A stretch of 43,584 nucleotides of DNA, taken from NCBI GenBank assembly GCA_036507075.1, contig DASXQR010000232.1:1-43584 (forward strand). Reading direction: 5' to 3'. Of this stretch, positions 1 to 9,284 are shown one piece after another. Under the pieces are notes generated by a model, which was not told the origin of the DNA, searched no databases, and worked only from the letters and a program-made list of their open reading frames with translations. Both the position numbers and the translations under genes were made by a program. Source of the stretch: Acidobacteriota bacterium. GTDB lineage: Bacteria > Acidobacteriota > UBA6911 > JACQSX01. Positions within the stretch are counted from its first letter, which is position 1; each line of letters begins with the position of its first letter.

Positions 1-46
1 CAAAATGATTAGCGATTCTTCGTGTCTTCGTGGCTTCGTGGCAAAT
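1..46. repeat. Right arm of a GCCACGAAG-family palindromic element (truncated by window edge)
   Basis: caaaatgattagcgattcttcgtgtcttcgtggcttcgtggcaaat closely matches 1279-1316. Confidence 0.85.
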
Positions 47-131
47 CGACGCGAAGGGTCCGCTTGCTTACTTACGCGCGCGGCTCGGCTGGTAGTGGAA
101 ACTTCCAGCCTTAACCTGTAGAATTTCGGCA

Positions 132-1127
132 ATGACGGATCTTTCCCTGGTGGTGCCGGTTTTTAACGAGGAGCGGAATCTGACGCTGCTTTACCAACAG
201 ATTGTGCGCGCGGTTTCTCCCCTGCTACTGAGCTGGGAACTGATTTTCGTCGATGACGGCAGCACCGACGGAAGCTATTCCAGTCTGGAGGGCATTGCTG
301 AAAGCGATGCACGGGTAACTGTGGTCCGCTTTGCGCGCAACTTTGGCCAGACGGCGGCAATGGCAGCGGGCTTCGAGCTGGCTCGCGGAGAGGTCATCAT
401 TCCCATGGACGCGGATCTGCAGAACGACCCCGCCGACATTCAGGCTATTCTGCAAAAGCTGAATGAAGGCTACGACGTGGTGAGTTGCTGGAGAAAGGAG
501 CGGAAGGACAATTTTGCCACCCGCAAGCTGCCTTCAATGGCCGCCAACAAGCTGATCAGCTGGATCTCAGGCGTCCACCTCCACGATTACGGCTGCACGC
601 TGAAAGGTTACCGGCGCAATGTGATGCGCCACGTGCGTCTGTACGGCGATATGCATCGCTTCATTCCTATACTGGCAAGCTGGGCCGGCGGTCGAGTCGC
701 TGAGATACCAGTGCGCCATCACCCTCGGCAGTTTGGAGAATCCAAGTATGGAATGATGCGGACGTTCAAGGTTACGCTCGATTTGATCACGATTAAGTTT
801 CTGGGAAAGTATTCCACCAAACCGATGCATTTTTTCGGCGGGGCTGGTTTTCTGTTGATCCTTGCCGGCGTCTTCACCGCCATTGTGACGCTGGTGGAGA
901 AATTTTTTTATGAAGTCAAGGCGCACCGGAATCCGCTGCTGCTTGGATCGGTGTTTTTCGTCATTCTGGGAGTGCAGTTTATTCTCATTGGACTGATCGC
1001 CGAGCTGATGACGCGCACTTATCACGAATCGCAGGACAAACCGACCTACATCATCAAAACGATTCTAAACGGCAAATCTGAACAGAAACCGCAGATTAAA
1101 ACCAGACAAGAATTGAACGTGCCGTAG
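132..1127 (+). CDS. Glycosyltransferase family 2 (ArnC/GtrB/DPM-synthase-like polyprenyl-phosphate glycosyltransferase)
   Basis: LSLVVPVFNEE, FVDDGSTDGS, RNFGQTAA, MDADLQNDP and HDYGCTLK motifs; two C-terminal TM helices. Confidence 0.92.
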   Translation: MTDLSLVVPVFNEERNLTLLYQQIVRAVSPLLLSWELIFVDDGSTDGSYSSLEGIAESDARVTVVRFARNFGQTAAMAAGFELARGEVIIPMDADLQNDPADIQAILQKLNEGYDVVSCWRKERKDNFATRKLPSMAANKLISWISGVHLHDYGCTLKGYRRNVMRHVRLYGDMHRFIPILASWAGGRVAEIPVRHHPRQFGESKYGMMRTFKVTLDLITIKFLGKYSTKPMHFFGGAGFLLILAGVFTAIVTLVEKFFYEVKAHRNPLLLGSVFFVILGVQFILIGLIAELMTRTYHESQDKPTYIIKTILNGKSEQKPQIKTRQELNVP

Positions 1128-1147
1128 GACTTCGTTGCATTCGCGAA

Positions 1148-1351
1148 GGAATCTTTCGCCACAGAGACAGAGGGAACACAGGAATTTGCCACGAAGGCGC
1201 GAAGACACGAAGGGCTACGATTGAGTTAGAAGTGCCACTGCTCCGATAATCTGGATCGAGTCATGAGAAGTGTCGCTTCAAAATGAATTGCGATTCTTCG
1301 TGCCTTCGTGGCAAATCCTGTGTTCCCTGTGTCTCTGTGGTGAAAGATTCC
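1148..1351. repeat. Nested palindromic element: CCACAGAG-family outer arms around a GCCACGAAG-family inner element (1184-1316)
   Basis: ggaatctttcgccacagagacagagggaacacagg... versus ...cctgtgttccctgtgtctctgtggtgaaagattcc; near-perfect inverted arms of about 55 bp. Confidence 0.92.
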
Positions 1352-1368
1352 TGGCCAAAAGACCTGAG

Positions 1369-2475
1369 ATGGATGAAAACATCGGCAATGACGAGTTGGC
1401 CGGCCGCTGTCTAGTGGTTGGCGTTGCAGGCCCTGTTTTAGACGGCGTCACAGCCAAAACATTTCTCGATTTGTGCCCTGCCGGGATAATTCTGTTTTCC
1501 AGAAACCTGCGCGAACCATCCCAAATCCTCGATTTGATGGAAGCTCTTCGTAATACGTGCGCACCAGCCTTGCATTGCATTGATCAGGAGGGAGGCCTGG
1601 TCGACAGACTACGCGCGGTATTTCCCCGTTTTCCACCGGTAGAACTACTGGCGGATTCGGGGAACGACGATGTTTTGTATCAGTATGGGAAATGGACGGG
1701 CGATATCTTAAGCGCGTTCGGCTTCAATGTGAATTTCGCGCCGGTAGTGGACCTGAAATTCCACGATGAAAAGAACGCGCTCCAGAAGCGCTACCTGGGG
1801 AAGAATCCGGAAACGGTGGGACGGCTCGCGCGTCGTTACCTGCAAGGACTTCAAAGTGTGCCCGTAACGGGATGCTGCAAGCACTTTCCAGGCTTGGGCA
1901 GGGCCCGGCTGGACAGTCATTATGAACTTCCCGAGATTCAGGCCTCCCTGCGTGAACTGCTCAGCCAGGACATTCTCCCCTATCGACTGGTGCGGGAAGA
2001 ATTAAGAACCGTCATGATCAATCATGCCGCTTACCCTCAACTCCAGCAGAAGGTCGCACAACCTGGATCCGGATCCGCGGCCGCGGCCGCGGCTGCGGCT
2101 CACACACCGCCTGCTTCCTGCTCACCGGCGGTTTACAAACTGCTTCGTGAAGAGCTCGGATTCAGGGGGATCGCGGTGACGGACGATCTGGACATGCAGG
2201 CCGTGCATCAGGTCATATCGAGCGAACAGATTCCTCTGCGGGCATTCGACGCCGGGGCAGATCTGCTTCTGATCGGAGAAAATCTTGATTTTGCACGCAC
2301 CTGCCGTGATCGCCTGGCCGAGTCATTTGAAGACCCAAATCGTCGCCACGAGGCGTTGAATAGAACCACGAAATTGAAATCCATTCCTCCCGCTCCTCGG
2401 GTCGACGTCTTGCGGGTGCGCGAGCTGGCCACCGGATTTGAAGAGTGGAAGAAGTCTTTGGGCCTGGGCGATTGA
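1369..2475 (+). CDS. nagZ: Beta-N-acetylhexosaminidase (GH3, NagZ-like)
   Basis: GIILFSRN, IDQEGGLVDR, NFAPVVD, KHFPGLGRARLDSH (NagZ-type catalytic loop), ELGFRGIAVTDDLDM. Start moved to ATG 1369 because the ORF-track extension lies in a repeat. Confidence 0.88.
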   Translation: MDENIGNDELAGRCLVVGVAGPVLDGVTAKTFLDLCPAGIILFSRNLREPSQILDLMEALRNTCAPALHCIDQEGGLVDRLRAVFPRFPPVELLADSGNDDVLYQYGKWTGDILSAFGFNVNFAPVVDLKFHDEKNALQKRYLGKNPETVGRLARRYLQGLQSVPVTGCCKHFPGLGRARLDSHYELPEIQASLRELLSQDILPYRLVREELRTVMINHAAYPQLQQKVAQPGSGSAAAAAAAAHTPPASCSPAVYKLLREELGFRGIAVTDDLDMQAVHQVISSEQIPLRAFDAGADLLLIGENLDFARTCRDRLAESFEDPNRRHEALNRTTKLKSIPPAPRVDVLRVRELATGFEEWKKSLGLGD

Positions 2476-2502
2476 GAAATAAAATGCCACAGAGCCACTG
2501 CC

Positions 2503-2821
2503 GGTTACCTGGTTACGGGTTACGTGGTTACGGGTTCCGAGTTGACATGTTACGGGTTCCGGGTTGACGAGTTACGGGTTCCGGGTTGACGTGTTACGGG
2601 TTCCGAGTTGACGAGTTATGCGTTAACGAACTCAAAATTGGAGGCGAGCAGTCAAAAAAGGCTCACCACAAAAGCGCGAATTTCAGTTCTTCAATTTCGA
2701 ATTCGACAACTCGTAACCCGTAACCAGCTAACTCGTAACCCGTAACCAGGTAACCCGCAACCCGTAACTAAGTAACCCGCAACCCGAAGACCCGCAACGC
2801 AAAAACCCGCAACTCACAACT
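2503..2821. repeat. Inverted heptamer arrays (GTTACGG/GTTGACG versus CCGTAAC/CCGCAAC)
   Basis: Left array about 2503-2625, right array about 2707-2821, with a spacer of about 80 bp. Confidence 0.9.
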
Positions 2822-2862
2822 GGAGTGGTATCTAAATAGACCTTGTGGTCAAATAAGTGGGC

Positions 2863-3684
2863 ATGGACCTCTACGAGGAAATCGTCGCAATCCGGGACAG
2901 AGGCGAGAGGGCCGCGCTGGCGACGCTGATTCGCCGCATCGGCTCGACTCCGCGCAAGGATCTTGCCAAGATGTTGATTCGCGAGGATGGCAGCTTTCTG
3001 GGCACGGTTGGAGGCGGCTGCACCGAGGCCGAGGTATGGCAGGCCGCGCAGGATGTGATGGCGACGGGGAAGTCGAAAATTTTGAAGTTCCATCTGAATC
3101 AGGAAGATGCCGCTCAGGATGGCCTGGTTTGCGGTGGTACCGTGGAGTTTTTCATCGAGCCGATTCTTCCCGACCCTCACCTTGTTGTTTTCGGCGGCGG
3201 GCATGTTTCCTCGGCGATTTCAAGAGTCGCAAAGCTGGCCGGGTTCAAAGTGACCATCGTAGACGATCGGGCGCGCTACGCCTCGCGCGACAGATTTCCG
3301 GAGGCCGACAAACTGGTCGTTTGCGAATTCCAGACCGTACGCGAACACGTTCCCTTGCACTCCAATTGCTACGTGGTAATTGTGACGCGCGGGCACGCCC
3401 ACGATCAGCTTGTGCTGGAGCAGATCATCGACGCCCCGGTAAGATTCCTCGGCATGGTGGGAAGCCGGCGCAAGACCAAGATCATTTTTGATTACCTTCG
3501 CGACAAGGGTGTCTCCGAGTCGCTGATGCAACGCGTGCAATCGCCCGTGGGATTGGAAATCGGATCTGAAACGCCGGAGGAAATTGCCGTCAGCATCGTG
3601 GCGCAGATCATAGCGGTGCGCAAAGGCATCGAAACCCCTGCCAAGACCAAGCTTGCTTCCGAATTGAACCGCCAAGAGCGCTAA
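2863..3684 (+). CDS. xdhC: XdhC/CoxI family molybdoenzyme maturation factor
   Basis: GSTPR, GTVGGGCTE, CGGTVEFFIEP, FGGGHV, VTRGHAHD, GMVGSRRK, SPVGLEIGSETPEEIAVSI. Confidence 0.9.
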   Translation: MDLYEEIVAIRDRGERAALATLIRRIGSTPRKDLAKMLIREDGSFLGTVGGGCTEAEVWQAAQDVMATGKSKILKFHLNQEDAAQDGLVCGGTVEFFIEPILPDPHLVVFGGGHVSSAISRVAKLAGFKVTIVDDRARYASRDRFPEADKLVVCEFQTVREHVPLHSNCYVVIVTRGHAHDQLVLEQIIDAPVRFLGMVGSRRKTKIIFDYLRDKGVSESLMQRVQSPVGLEIGSETPEEIAVSIVAQIIAVRKGIETPAKTKLASELNRQER

Positions 3685-3840
3685 GAGCGCCAAGCATGTG
3701 CTGTCGATTTTCCCTCGTAAAGTTTGGTGGCTTGGTGCCTCGGTGGTTCAATTTTATTTAACCACCAAGGCACCAAGCCAAATTCCGTACTGGGTGCTGC
3801 ACACGACATTTGAGAGGTCACGCGCCGTTCTTGGCGGTTC
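3662..3840. repeat. AACCGCCAAG-family element with an inner ACCACCAAG hairpin (about 3728-3780)
   Basis: aattgaaccgccaagagcgctaagagcgccaag ... ggcttggtgcctcggtggtt / aaccaccaaggcaccaagcc ... gttcttggcggttc. Confidence 0.85.
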
Positions 3841-3849
3841 CGCTTTTCC

Positions 3850-5406
3850 TTGCTACCATCCACACGGGACGCTGCCTTGAAATTCCTGAAGATCGCCGCT
3901 ACCGCCTCCTTCTTGGCCCTTTGCGCCTGCGCTTCACCCGCCAGACATGATCCGGCGACCGTGGTCATGGCGCTGGACACCAGCCCCAACACGCTCGATC
4001 CCCGCGTTGGAACCAGCGAGGCGAGCACGCATGTCTATGAGCTGATTTTCAATTCGCTGATTCAGCGGGATAAGAATTTCCAATACGCTCCCGATCTGGC
4101 CGAATCCTGGGAAAACCCCGATCCGCTCACTTACGTCTTCCATTTGAAACAGGGAGTCAGATTTCATAATGGAAAAGAGCTCACCGGCGAGGATGTCAAG
4201 TTTACGCTCGACAGTCTTTCTTCTCTTACCACGCCAAAGAAAGGGAGTTTTTCAAAGCTCAAGGAGGTGACCGTCACCGATCGATACACCGTGATTTTCC
4301 ATTTGCAGGAACCCTCCCTGGAGTTCCTGACGAATCTGGTGAGGCCGGCTATCGGCATTGTGCCTTCCGGAGCAGGCGCCGGCTTCTTCAGGAATCCGGT
4401 GGGCACCGGCCCTTATCGCCTTGTTGAAATGCAACCCGACCGCGAAATTCGCCTGGCCGCTTTTTCATCCTATTTCGAAGGCGCTCCGCAAATAAAAGAG
4501 ATCCGCTTTCGCATTATTCCGGACGACACCACGCGGGCCCTTGAGCTGGAGAAAGGAACTGTTGACGTCGCGCTCAATGCCGTTCCGAGCGATGCGCTGG
4601 TGCGGTTGAAGGGCGAGCCTCACCTGATAGTCGAAAGCGCGCCCGGCACTCGTTACCAGTATCTCGCTTTCAACCTGAGACATCCTGTTCTGTCCAACGT
4701 CAAGGTGCGGCAAGCGATTGCCTATGGGATCGATCGCGACAGTATTATTCGCTACTTGTATCGTGGATACGCGCGCAAGGCGAGCAGCATTCTTCCGCTC
4801 TTTCACTGGGCTTATGAGCCCGCAGTGCGCCAGTACGACTATGATCCGGAACGGGCAAAACAACTGCTCGACGAAGCCGGTTATCCCGATCCTGACGGCG
4901 ACGGGCCGGGCCCGCGCTTTTCGCTCGAATACAAAGCTTCCCCCACGGCAGAGCTGGTCCACCAGGCCGAAATCATCCAGGCAAATCTGAAACTCGTCGG
5001 TATCCGAATGAAAATCTCCACCTATGAGCTCTCCACCATTCTGGCCGATGTACGACGGGGCAGCTTTGACATCTATTCACTTCGCTGGATCGGGGCCAAC
5101 CTGTTCACCGATATTTTTACCTTTGTCTTCCACTCCAAGAGCGTGCCGCCCATCGGGGCCAATCGCGGCCATTACAGCAATCCAAAAGTGGATGCGCTGC
5201 TGGATCGCGCCAACCAAACGACCGATATGCGAGAGCGCAAGCAGATATTTTCTGAAGTGCAGAAAATCTTGGCAGAGGACCTTCCCTACGTGAGCCTCTG
5301 GTATCCGGACAACGTCATCGTCTACAACCGCCGCCTGCAAAATGTCCGCATCATCCCGTCAGGGGATTATGTTTTTCTGAAGGATATCCGCATAGGAAAA
5401 ATGTGA
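3850..5406 (+). CDS. Peptide/nickel ABC transporter substrate-binding lipoprotein (DppA/OppA family); start uncertain (TTG 3850 or 3877)
   Basis: Lipobox-like LCAC; PDLAESWE, YVFHLKQGVRFHNG, PVGTGPYRL, VRQAIAYGIDRD, YDPERAKQLLDEAGY, YSNPKVDALL. Confidence 0.92.
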   Translation: MLPSTRDAALKFLKIAATASFLALCACASPARHDPATVVMALDTSPNTLDPRVGTSEASTHVYELIFNSLIQRDKNFQYAPDLAESWENPDPLTYVFHLKQGVRFHNGKELTGEDVKFTLDSLSSLTTPKKGSFSKLKEVTVTDRYTVIFHLQEPSLEFLTNLVRPAIGIVPSGAGAGFFRNPVGTGPYRLVEMQPDREIRLAAFSSYFEGAPQIKEIRFRIIPDDTTRALELEKGTVDVALNAVPSDALVRLKGEPHLIVESAPGTRYQYLAFNLRHPVLSNVKVRQAIAYGIDRDSIIRYLYRGYARKASSILPLFHWAYEPAVRQYDYDPERAKQLLDEAGYPDPDGDGPGPRFSLEYKASPTAELVHQAEIIQANLKLVGIRMKISTYELSTILADVRRGSFDIYSLRWIGANLFTDIFTFVFHSKSVPPIGANRGHYSNPKVDALLDRANQTTDMRERKQIFSEVQKILAEDLPYVSLWYPDNVIVYNRRLQNVRIIPSGDYVFLKDIRIGKM

Positions 5407-5451
5407 GAGCCGTGCTGGAGGCGCCTCAACCGAACCGCGGATGTTGGTAGA

Positions 5452-5490
5452 AATTCGCCATTCCGCATTCCGCATTCCCAATTCCGCATT
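5452..5490. repeat. Solo ATTCCGC heptamer arm between convergent genes
   Basis: attccgcattccgcattcccaattccgcatt. Confidence 0.85.
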
Positions 5491-5492
5491 CA

Positions 5493-6125
5493 TTATTGGA
5501 TGTTGATCCATTCCCGGATGGCGGCTTCCACTGCCGGCGCGCTGCTTCCACGGCGCAGCAATTGCGGCGGGTTCGATCGCATGTCCACGATGCTGGAGGG
5601 CGGGCGCTCAGGGAACTTGCCGTAATCCAGAAACAGCTCCACGTCCTGATGGAATTCCCGCCAGATCTGTTCAGGATCCCGCAGAGGATCTAAACCGCTG
5701 CGGTTCACGCTGGTCGAAACCAGCGGCATTGTCAAAGCCGAGAGCAGCGTCTGCAGCAACTCGAATTCAGGCACGCGGATCGCAATCGAATCGTTTCCAG
5801 GCAACGGCCCCGTGGCTGGGTCTTTGGAAAAGACCATCGTCACCGGCCCGGGCCAGAGTCTCTGCGCAAAGAACACAAAGCCATCAGGAACATCTGTAAT
5901 CCACCGCGTGGCGGCCGCTGGGTCGCGCTCGAGAACCACATACCGATTATCGGATCGTTGTTTGACCGCTGCCAGCCGGCGCAGCGCAGATTCCGAGAAG
6001 GGATCGCAACCCATCCCGTACACCGTGTCGGTCGGATAAATCAGAATACCGCCCGAGCGCACAACTCCGGCGGCTTCCTGCAGCATGAGCGCAAAGTCTG
6101 ACTGGTCGGGACGAATTCGTTTCAT
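5493..6125 (-). CDS. tsaC: L-threonylcarbamoyladenylate synthase (Sua5/YrdC/TsaC)
   Basis: YPTDTVYGMGCD, KQR, WPGPVT, IAIRVP, LVSTSVNRSG, SSIVD motifs. Confidence 0.9.
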   Translation of the reverse strand: MKRIRPDQSDFALMLQEAAGVVRSGGILIYPTDTVYGMGCDPFSESALRRLAAVKQRSDNRYVVLERDPAAATRWITDVPDGFVFFAQRLWPGPVTMVFSKDPATGPLPGNDSIAIRVPEFELLQTLLSALTMPLVSTSVNRSGLDPLRDPEQIWREFHQDVELFLDYGKFPERPPSSIVDMRSNPPQLLRRGSSAPAVEAAIREWINIQ

Positions 6126-6143
6126 GCGATAATTCCTGTAACC

Positions 6144-6932
6144 ATGGTTGCGGAGATTATAACGAGCCCGCGAAATCCCCGCATTCAGCGACTCCGCCGC
6201 CTGAGCACCGATCCATCCCGAAAGGACGACTGGTTCTTATTGGAAGGCAGAACTTTAATGCAGGAAGCTTTGTCCCAGGGTTGGGAATTGGACTCGGTCT
6301 ACCATACCGGACCCGAGAAGCCTGGAACGGGCGCCGCAGAATACCGGGTTCCTGAAAAGCTGATGCGGTCGGTGACGGCGGTGGAAACCCCTCCCGGCAT
6401 CCTGGCTGTTGCCAAAAAAAGGCTGGTGCCGATTGAGCGACTGGACCCGGGAGGCCTGGCGCTGCTGCTGGACGGAATTCAGGATCCGGGGAACGTGGGA
6501 ACCCTGCTCCGCTCTGCGGCTGCGTTCGGCGCCGGCGCAGTGCTCGCCACGCCGGGAACGGCTCACTTTTTCAATCCCAAAGTGGTCCGCGCCGCGGCCG
6601 GAAGCACCTTCAAACTCCGGCTGTGCGAAGGAGTCACCGCGCAAAACCTGGGCTCCTTGCTGAAGCGCAGCGGAAGCAGGCTCATTATTGCGGACAGTCG
6701 CGCCGGAGTTGCACCGGGCGCTCTGGATCGCTTCAACTGCATTCTGGCGCTGGGTCATGAGACTTCGGGAGTCTCCGCCGCGCTGCGGGAGCTGGCGGCG
6801 CAGGTGGTGCGAATTCCCATGGCTGAAGCGACCGAATCACTCAATGTGGCGGTTGCGGGTTCGATAATTTTGTATGAGATTTCGAAAAGAGAGGCATCAA
6901 ATGCGGATTTCGGAATGCGGAATGCGGAATAA
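6144..6932 (+). CDS. TrmH/SpoU family RNA 2'-O-methyltransferase
   Basis: ITSPRNP, FLLEG, LDGIQDPGNVGTLLRSAAAFG, LGHETSGV, IPM..ESLNVAVAGSIILYE. Confidence 0.92.
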   Translation: MVAEIITSPRNPRIQRLRRLSTDPSRKDDWFLLEGRTLMQEALSQGWELDSVYHTGPEKPGTGAAEYRVPEKLMRSVTAVETPPGILAVAKKRLVPIERLDPGGLALLLDGIQDPGNVGTLLRSAAAFGAGAVLATPGTAHFFNPKVVRAAAGSTFKLRLCEGVTAQNLGSLLKRSGSRLIIADSRAGVAPGALDRFNCILALGHETSGVSAALRELAAQVVRIPMAEATESLNVAVAGSIILYEISKREASNADFGMRNAE

Positions 6933-7120
6933 AGCTGTCCGTTGTCCGTGGTCCGTTGTCAGTTGTTGCGGCGCCTTTGGAGCGGAGTTCACTGTGTCGC
7001 CGGGGCTCGCCGAAGGCAATCAGGCGGTGAACATAACTCGTTATTCTGCTACGGGCAACGGACCACGGACAACGGACAGCTTTTTATTCCGCATTCCGCA
7101 TTCCCAAATCCGCATTTGAT
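6896..7120. repeat. Nested element: GCGGAAT heptamer arms around TGTCCGT heptamer arms (6934-7081)
   Basis: atcaaatgcggatttcggaatgcggaatgcggaataaa-gctgtccgttgtccgtggtccgttg ... caacggaccacggacaacggacagc-tttttattccgcattccgcattcccaaatccgcatttgat. Confidence 0.93.
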
Positions 7121-7145
7121 CAGGCTCTGGTGAATACTTCTCAAT

Positions 7146-8480
7146 ATGACAGGCTCTCTCTTTCCTGAAGAAGAACCGCGAGGCGCTCCTCCTGAAGCAC
7201 CGTTGGCCGAACGGGTGCGACCGCAAACGCTCGACGATTTTGTCGGGCAGGAACACCTGGTCGGGCCTGGCAAGGTCCTCAGGCAGCTCATCGAGTCCGA
7301 TCAACTTGCTTCCGTTATTTTCTGGGGCCCGCCTGGCGTCGGAAAAACCACACTGTCGCGCATCATTGCCAATCGAACCCGCGCCTATTTTGTTGCCATC
7401 AGCGCGGTCCTGTCGGGCGTCAAAGAGGTAAAGGCGATCATCGAACAGGCGGACGTGCTGCGCCGGCGGAACCATCAACGCACAGTACTTTTTGTGGATG
7501 AAATCCACCGTTTCAACAAGGCTCAGCAGGATGCATTTCTTCCACACGTCGAGAAGGGCACCATCATTCTAATCGGCGCTACTACCGAGAATCCTTCTTT
7601 TGAAGTGATTTCGGCGCTTCTCTCCCGGTCGAAGGTTTTTGTGTTGAAGCCGCTTGGCGAAGAGGAAATTCTGCGAGTGCTGTGCCATGCTCTGGCTGCG
7701 CCGCAGGGCTTAGGCAAAAAGCAAATTGAGATCAACCACGATGCCTTGCGTTTGATTGCCGCCTACGCCAATGGCGACGCCCGCGCGGCGCTGAATACGC
7801 TCGAACTTTCTGCTTCGATCACTTCCAGTCCGGCCGCTGATGAGCCGCTTCGGATCGGTTCCGCGGAAGTGCGGGAAGCTCTTCAAAAAAAGACCCTCCT
7901 TTACGACAAGGCGGGCGAAGAGCACTTCAATCTCATTTCTGCGCTGCATAAATCGATGCGAAACAGCGATCCACAGGCGAGCATTTACTGGCTTGCGCGC
8001 ATGCTCGAGTCCGGGGAGGACCCCCTGTATGTCGCGCGCCGCGTGGTGCGTTTTGCTTCTGAGGATGTCGGCCTTGCCGATCCGCGCGCCCTGCGTTACG
8101 CTCTGGATGCCGTCCAGGCCGTCGACTTTGTCGGAATGCCGGAGTGCAACCTGGCATTGGCGCAGGCGGTGATTTATCTGGCGATCGCCCCGAAATCCAA
8201 TTCTCTCTACGAAGCCTACGGCTCAGTTTCCGAAGATCTGCAGAAAACCCTCAACGAGCCGGTACCCTTGCATCTTCGTAATGCTCCAACGCCTCTGATG
8301 AAGCAGCTTGGCTACGGAAAAGACTACCGCTACGCGCACTCCGAAGAAAACCGCATCGCGGATATGGAATGTCTTCCGCAGTCGCTGGCCGGCAGGACTT
8401 ACTATCGGCCATCATCGGAAGGAATGGAAAAGCAACTGGCGGAATGGATGAAAGTGTGGGAGCAGAGGAAAAAGGGGTAG
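7146..8480 (+). CDS. rarA: Replication-associated recombination protein A (RarA/MgsA AAA+ ATPase)
   Basis: PLAERVRPQTLDDFVGQEHL, Walker A GPPGVGKT, FVDEIHRFNKAQQD, GATTENPSF, ISALHKSMRNSD, VPLHLRNAPT. Confidence 0.96.
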   Translation: MTGSLFPEEEPRGAPPEAPLAERVRPQTLDDFVGQEHLVGPGKVLRQLIESDQLASVIFWGPPGVGKTTLSRIIANRTRAYFVAISAVLSGVKEVKAIIEQADVLRRRNHQRTVLFVDEIHRFNKAQQDAFLPHVEKGTIILIGATTENPSFEVISALLSRSKVFVLKPLGEEEILRVLCHALAAPQGLGKKQIEINHDALRLIAAYANGDARAALNTLELSASITSSPAADEPLRIGSAEVREALQKKTLLYDKAGEEHFNLISALHKSMRNSDPQASIYWLARMLESGEDPLYVARRVVRFASEDVGLADPRALRYALDAVQAVDFVGMPECNLALAQAVIYLAIAPKSNSLYEAYGSVSEDLQKTLNEPVPLHLRNAPTPLMKQLGYGKDYRYAHSEENRIADMECLPQSLAGRTYYRPSSEGMEKQLAEWMKVWEQRKKG

Positions 8481-8495
8481 AACCCAGCCACAAAA

Positions 8496-8680
8496 CAAAT
8501 GCGGATTTCGGAATGCGGAATAAAGAGATGAACTCGTTTCAGCTTTAAACCTGATGTCAATGGTCCGCATTCCACATTCCGTACTTCGCATTTGGACATA
8601 TGTCATTATTCCGCATTCCACATTTCGCACTCCCCATTTGGACACATGTCATTATTCCGCATTCCGCATTCCACATTCGA
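8496..8680. repeat. GCGGAAT-family element with tandemly amplified right arm
   Basis: One left arm, then three ATTCCGC arms joined by a repeated catttggaca(t/c)atgtcattattccgc unit. Confidence 0.88.
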
Positions 8681-8681
8681 A

Positions 8682-9284
8682 TTACCTCTCCAGGCTCTGT
8701 GCCAGGCGCTGGATTTTCTTCAGTGTCCAGTGGAAGCCTTCCGATTGCAGCTCCTTGACGGACACTGCTACATTTTCGGGGAACAGGAACTGGTTGACTT
8801 GTTTTTCGTACAGAACAACCTGGTCTACCAGCAGTTGCGGGGTGGGGTTTTGAATCGGCAAGTCATCCTTTCCCTTCTTTTCGGGGCGCAGCGAATCTGT
8901 CCAAATACGCAGAGTGCCATCCAGGTCGTCCGCCGTTTCCTTGATTTTCCGGATGTACTGCCTGCGCGCCGCCGCATCCCGGCTCTCTGACAATTCAGAG
9001 GCAAATCCGGCCATTTTCTCGTTCTTCTGCACCAGGTGCTTGACGAAACCATCGATCTGGTCGTCGAGGATTTTGCTCAACGAGGCATCATTCAGATTTT
9101 CGGTAAAAGCCTGCGTGTACATCTCCTTGAAGTGGTCGCGCAGCTCCGGGCTGGCGCGTGCCACCATGCTGATTTTGGGCTTTTCCTTTTCGTCTTCCCG
9201 CTCCTTATGGGATTGTGCCAGGGATCGCGCGGTCGAAGTCGCCATGCCGCCGACCAGAAACAGCACCAGCAGAACACTGCTCAT
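8682..9284 (-). CDS. Hypothetical exported, largely helical protein (200 aa); in frame with upstream uppP with no intervening stop
   Basis: Signal-peptide-like start MSSVLLVLFLVGGMATSTARSLA; TATAAT (9291-9296, minus strand) 6 nt upstream of ATG 9284. Confidence 0.6.
   Translation of the reverse strand: MSSVLLVLFLVGGMATSTARSLAQSHKEREDEKEKPKISMVARASPELRDHFKEMYTQAFTENLNDASLSKILDDQIDGFVKHLVQKNEKMAGFASELSESRDAAARRQYIRKIKETADDLDGTLRIWTDSLRPEKKGKDDLPIQNPTPQLLVDQVVLYEKQVNQFLFPENVAVSVKELQSEGFHWTLKKIQRLAQSLER

Noticed and set aside
1270..1368. ORF-track N-terminal extensions of nagZ (also uppP 10323-10439, radical SAM 10415-10546, MFS 21624-21794, FMN reductase 28790-28912)
   Set aside because: They translate repeat or promoter DNA (e.g. 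LCSLCLCGE, STCTCTW), and better starts exist downstream.
2503..2821. Possible CRISPR or iteron array
   Set aside because: These are degenerate heptamers arranged as inverted arms, with no constant repeat-spacer period and no rep gene.
8402..8853. Small ORFs over repeats (MSKCEVRNVECG.., and similar at 6874, 19049, 23757, 31267, 37138)
   Set aside because: Translations of tandem arrays with no RBS or coding bias.
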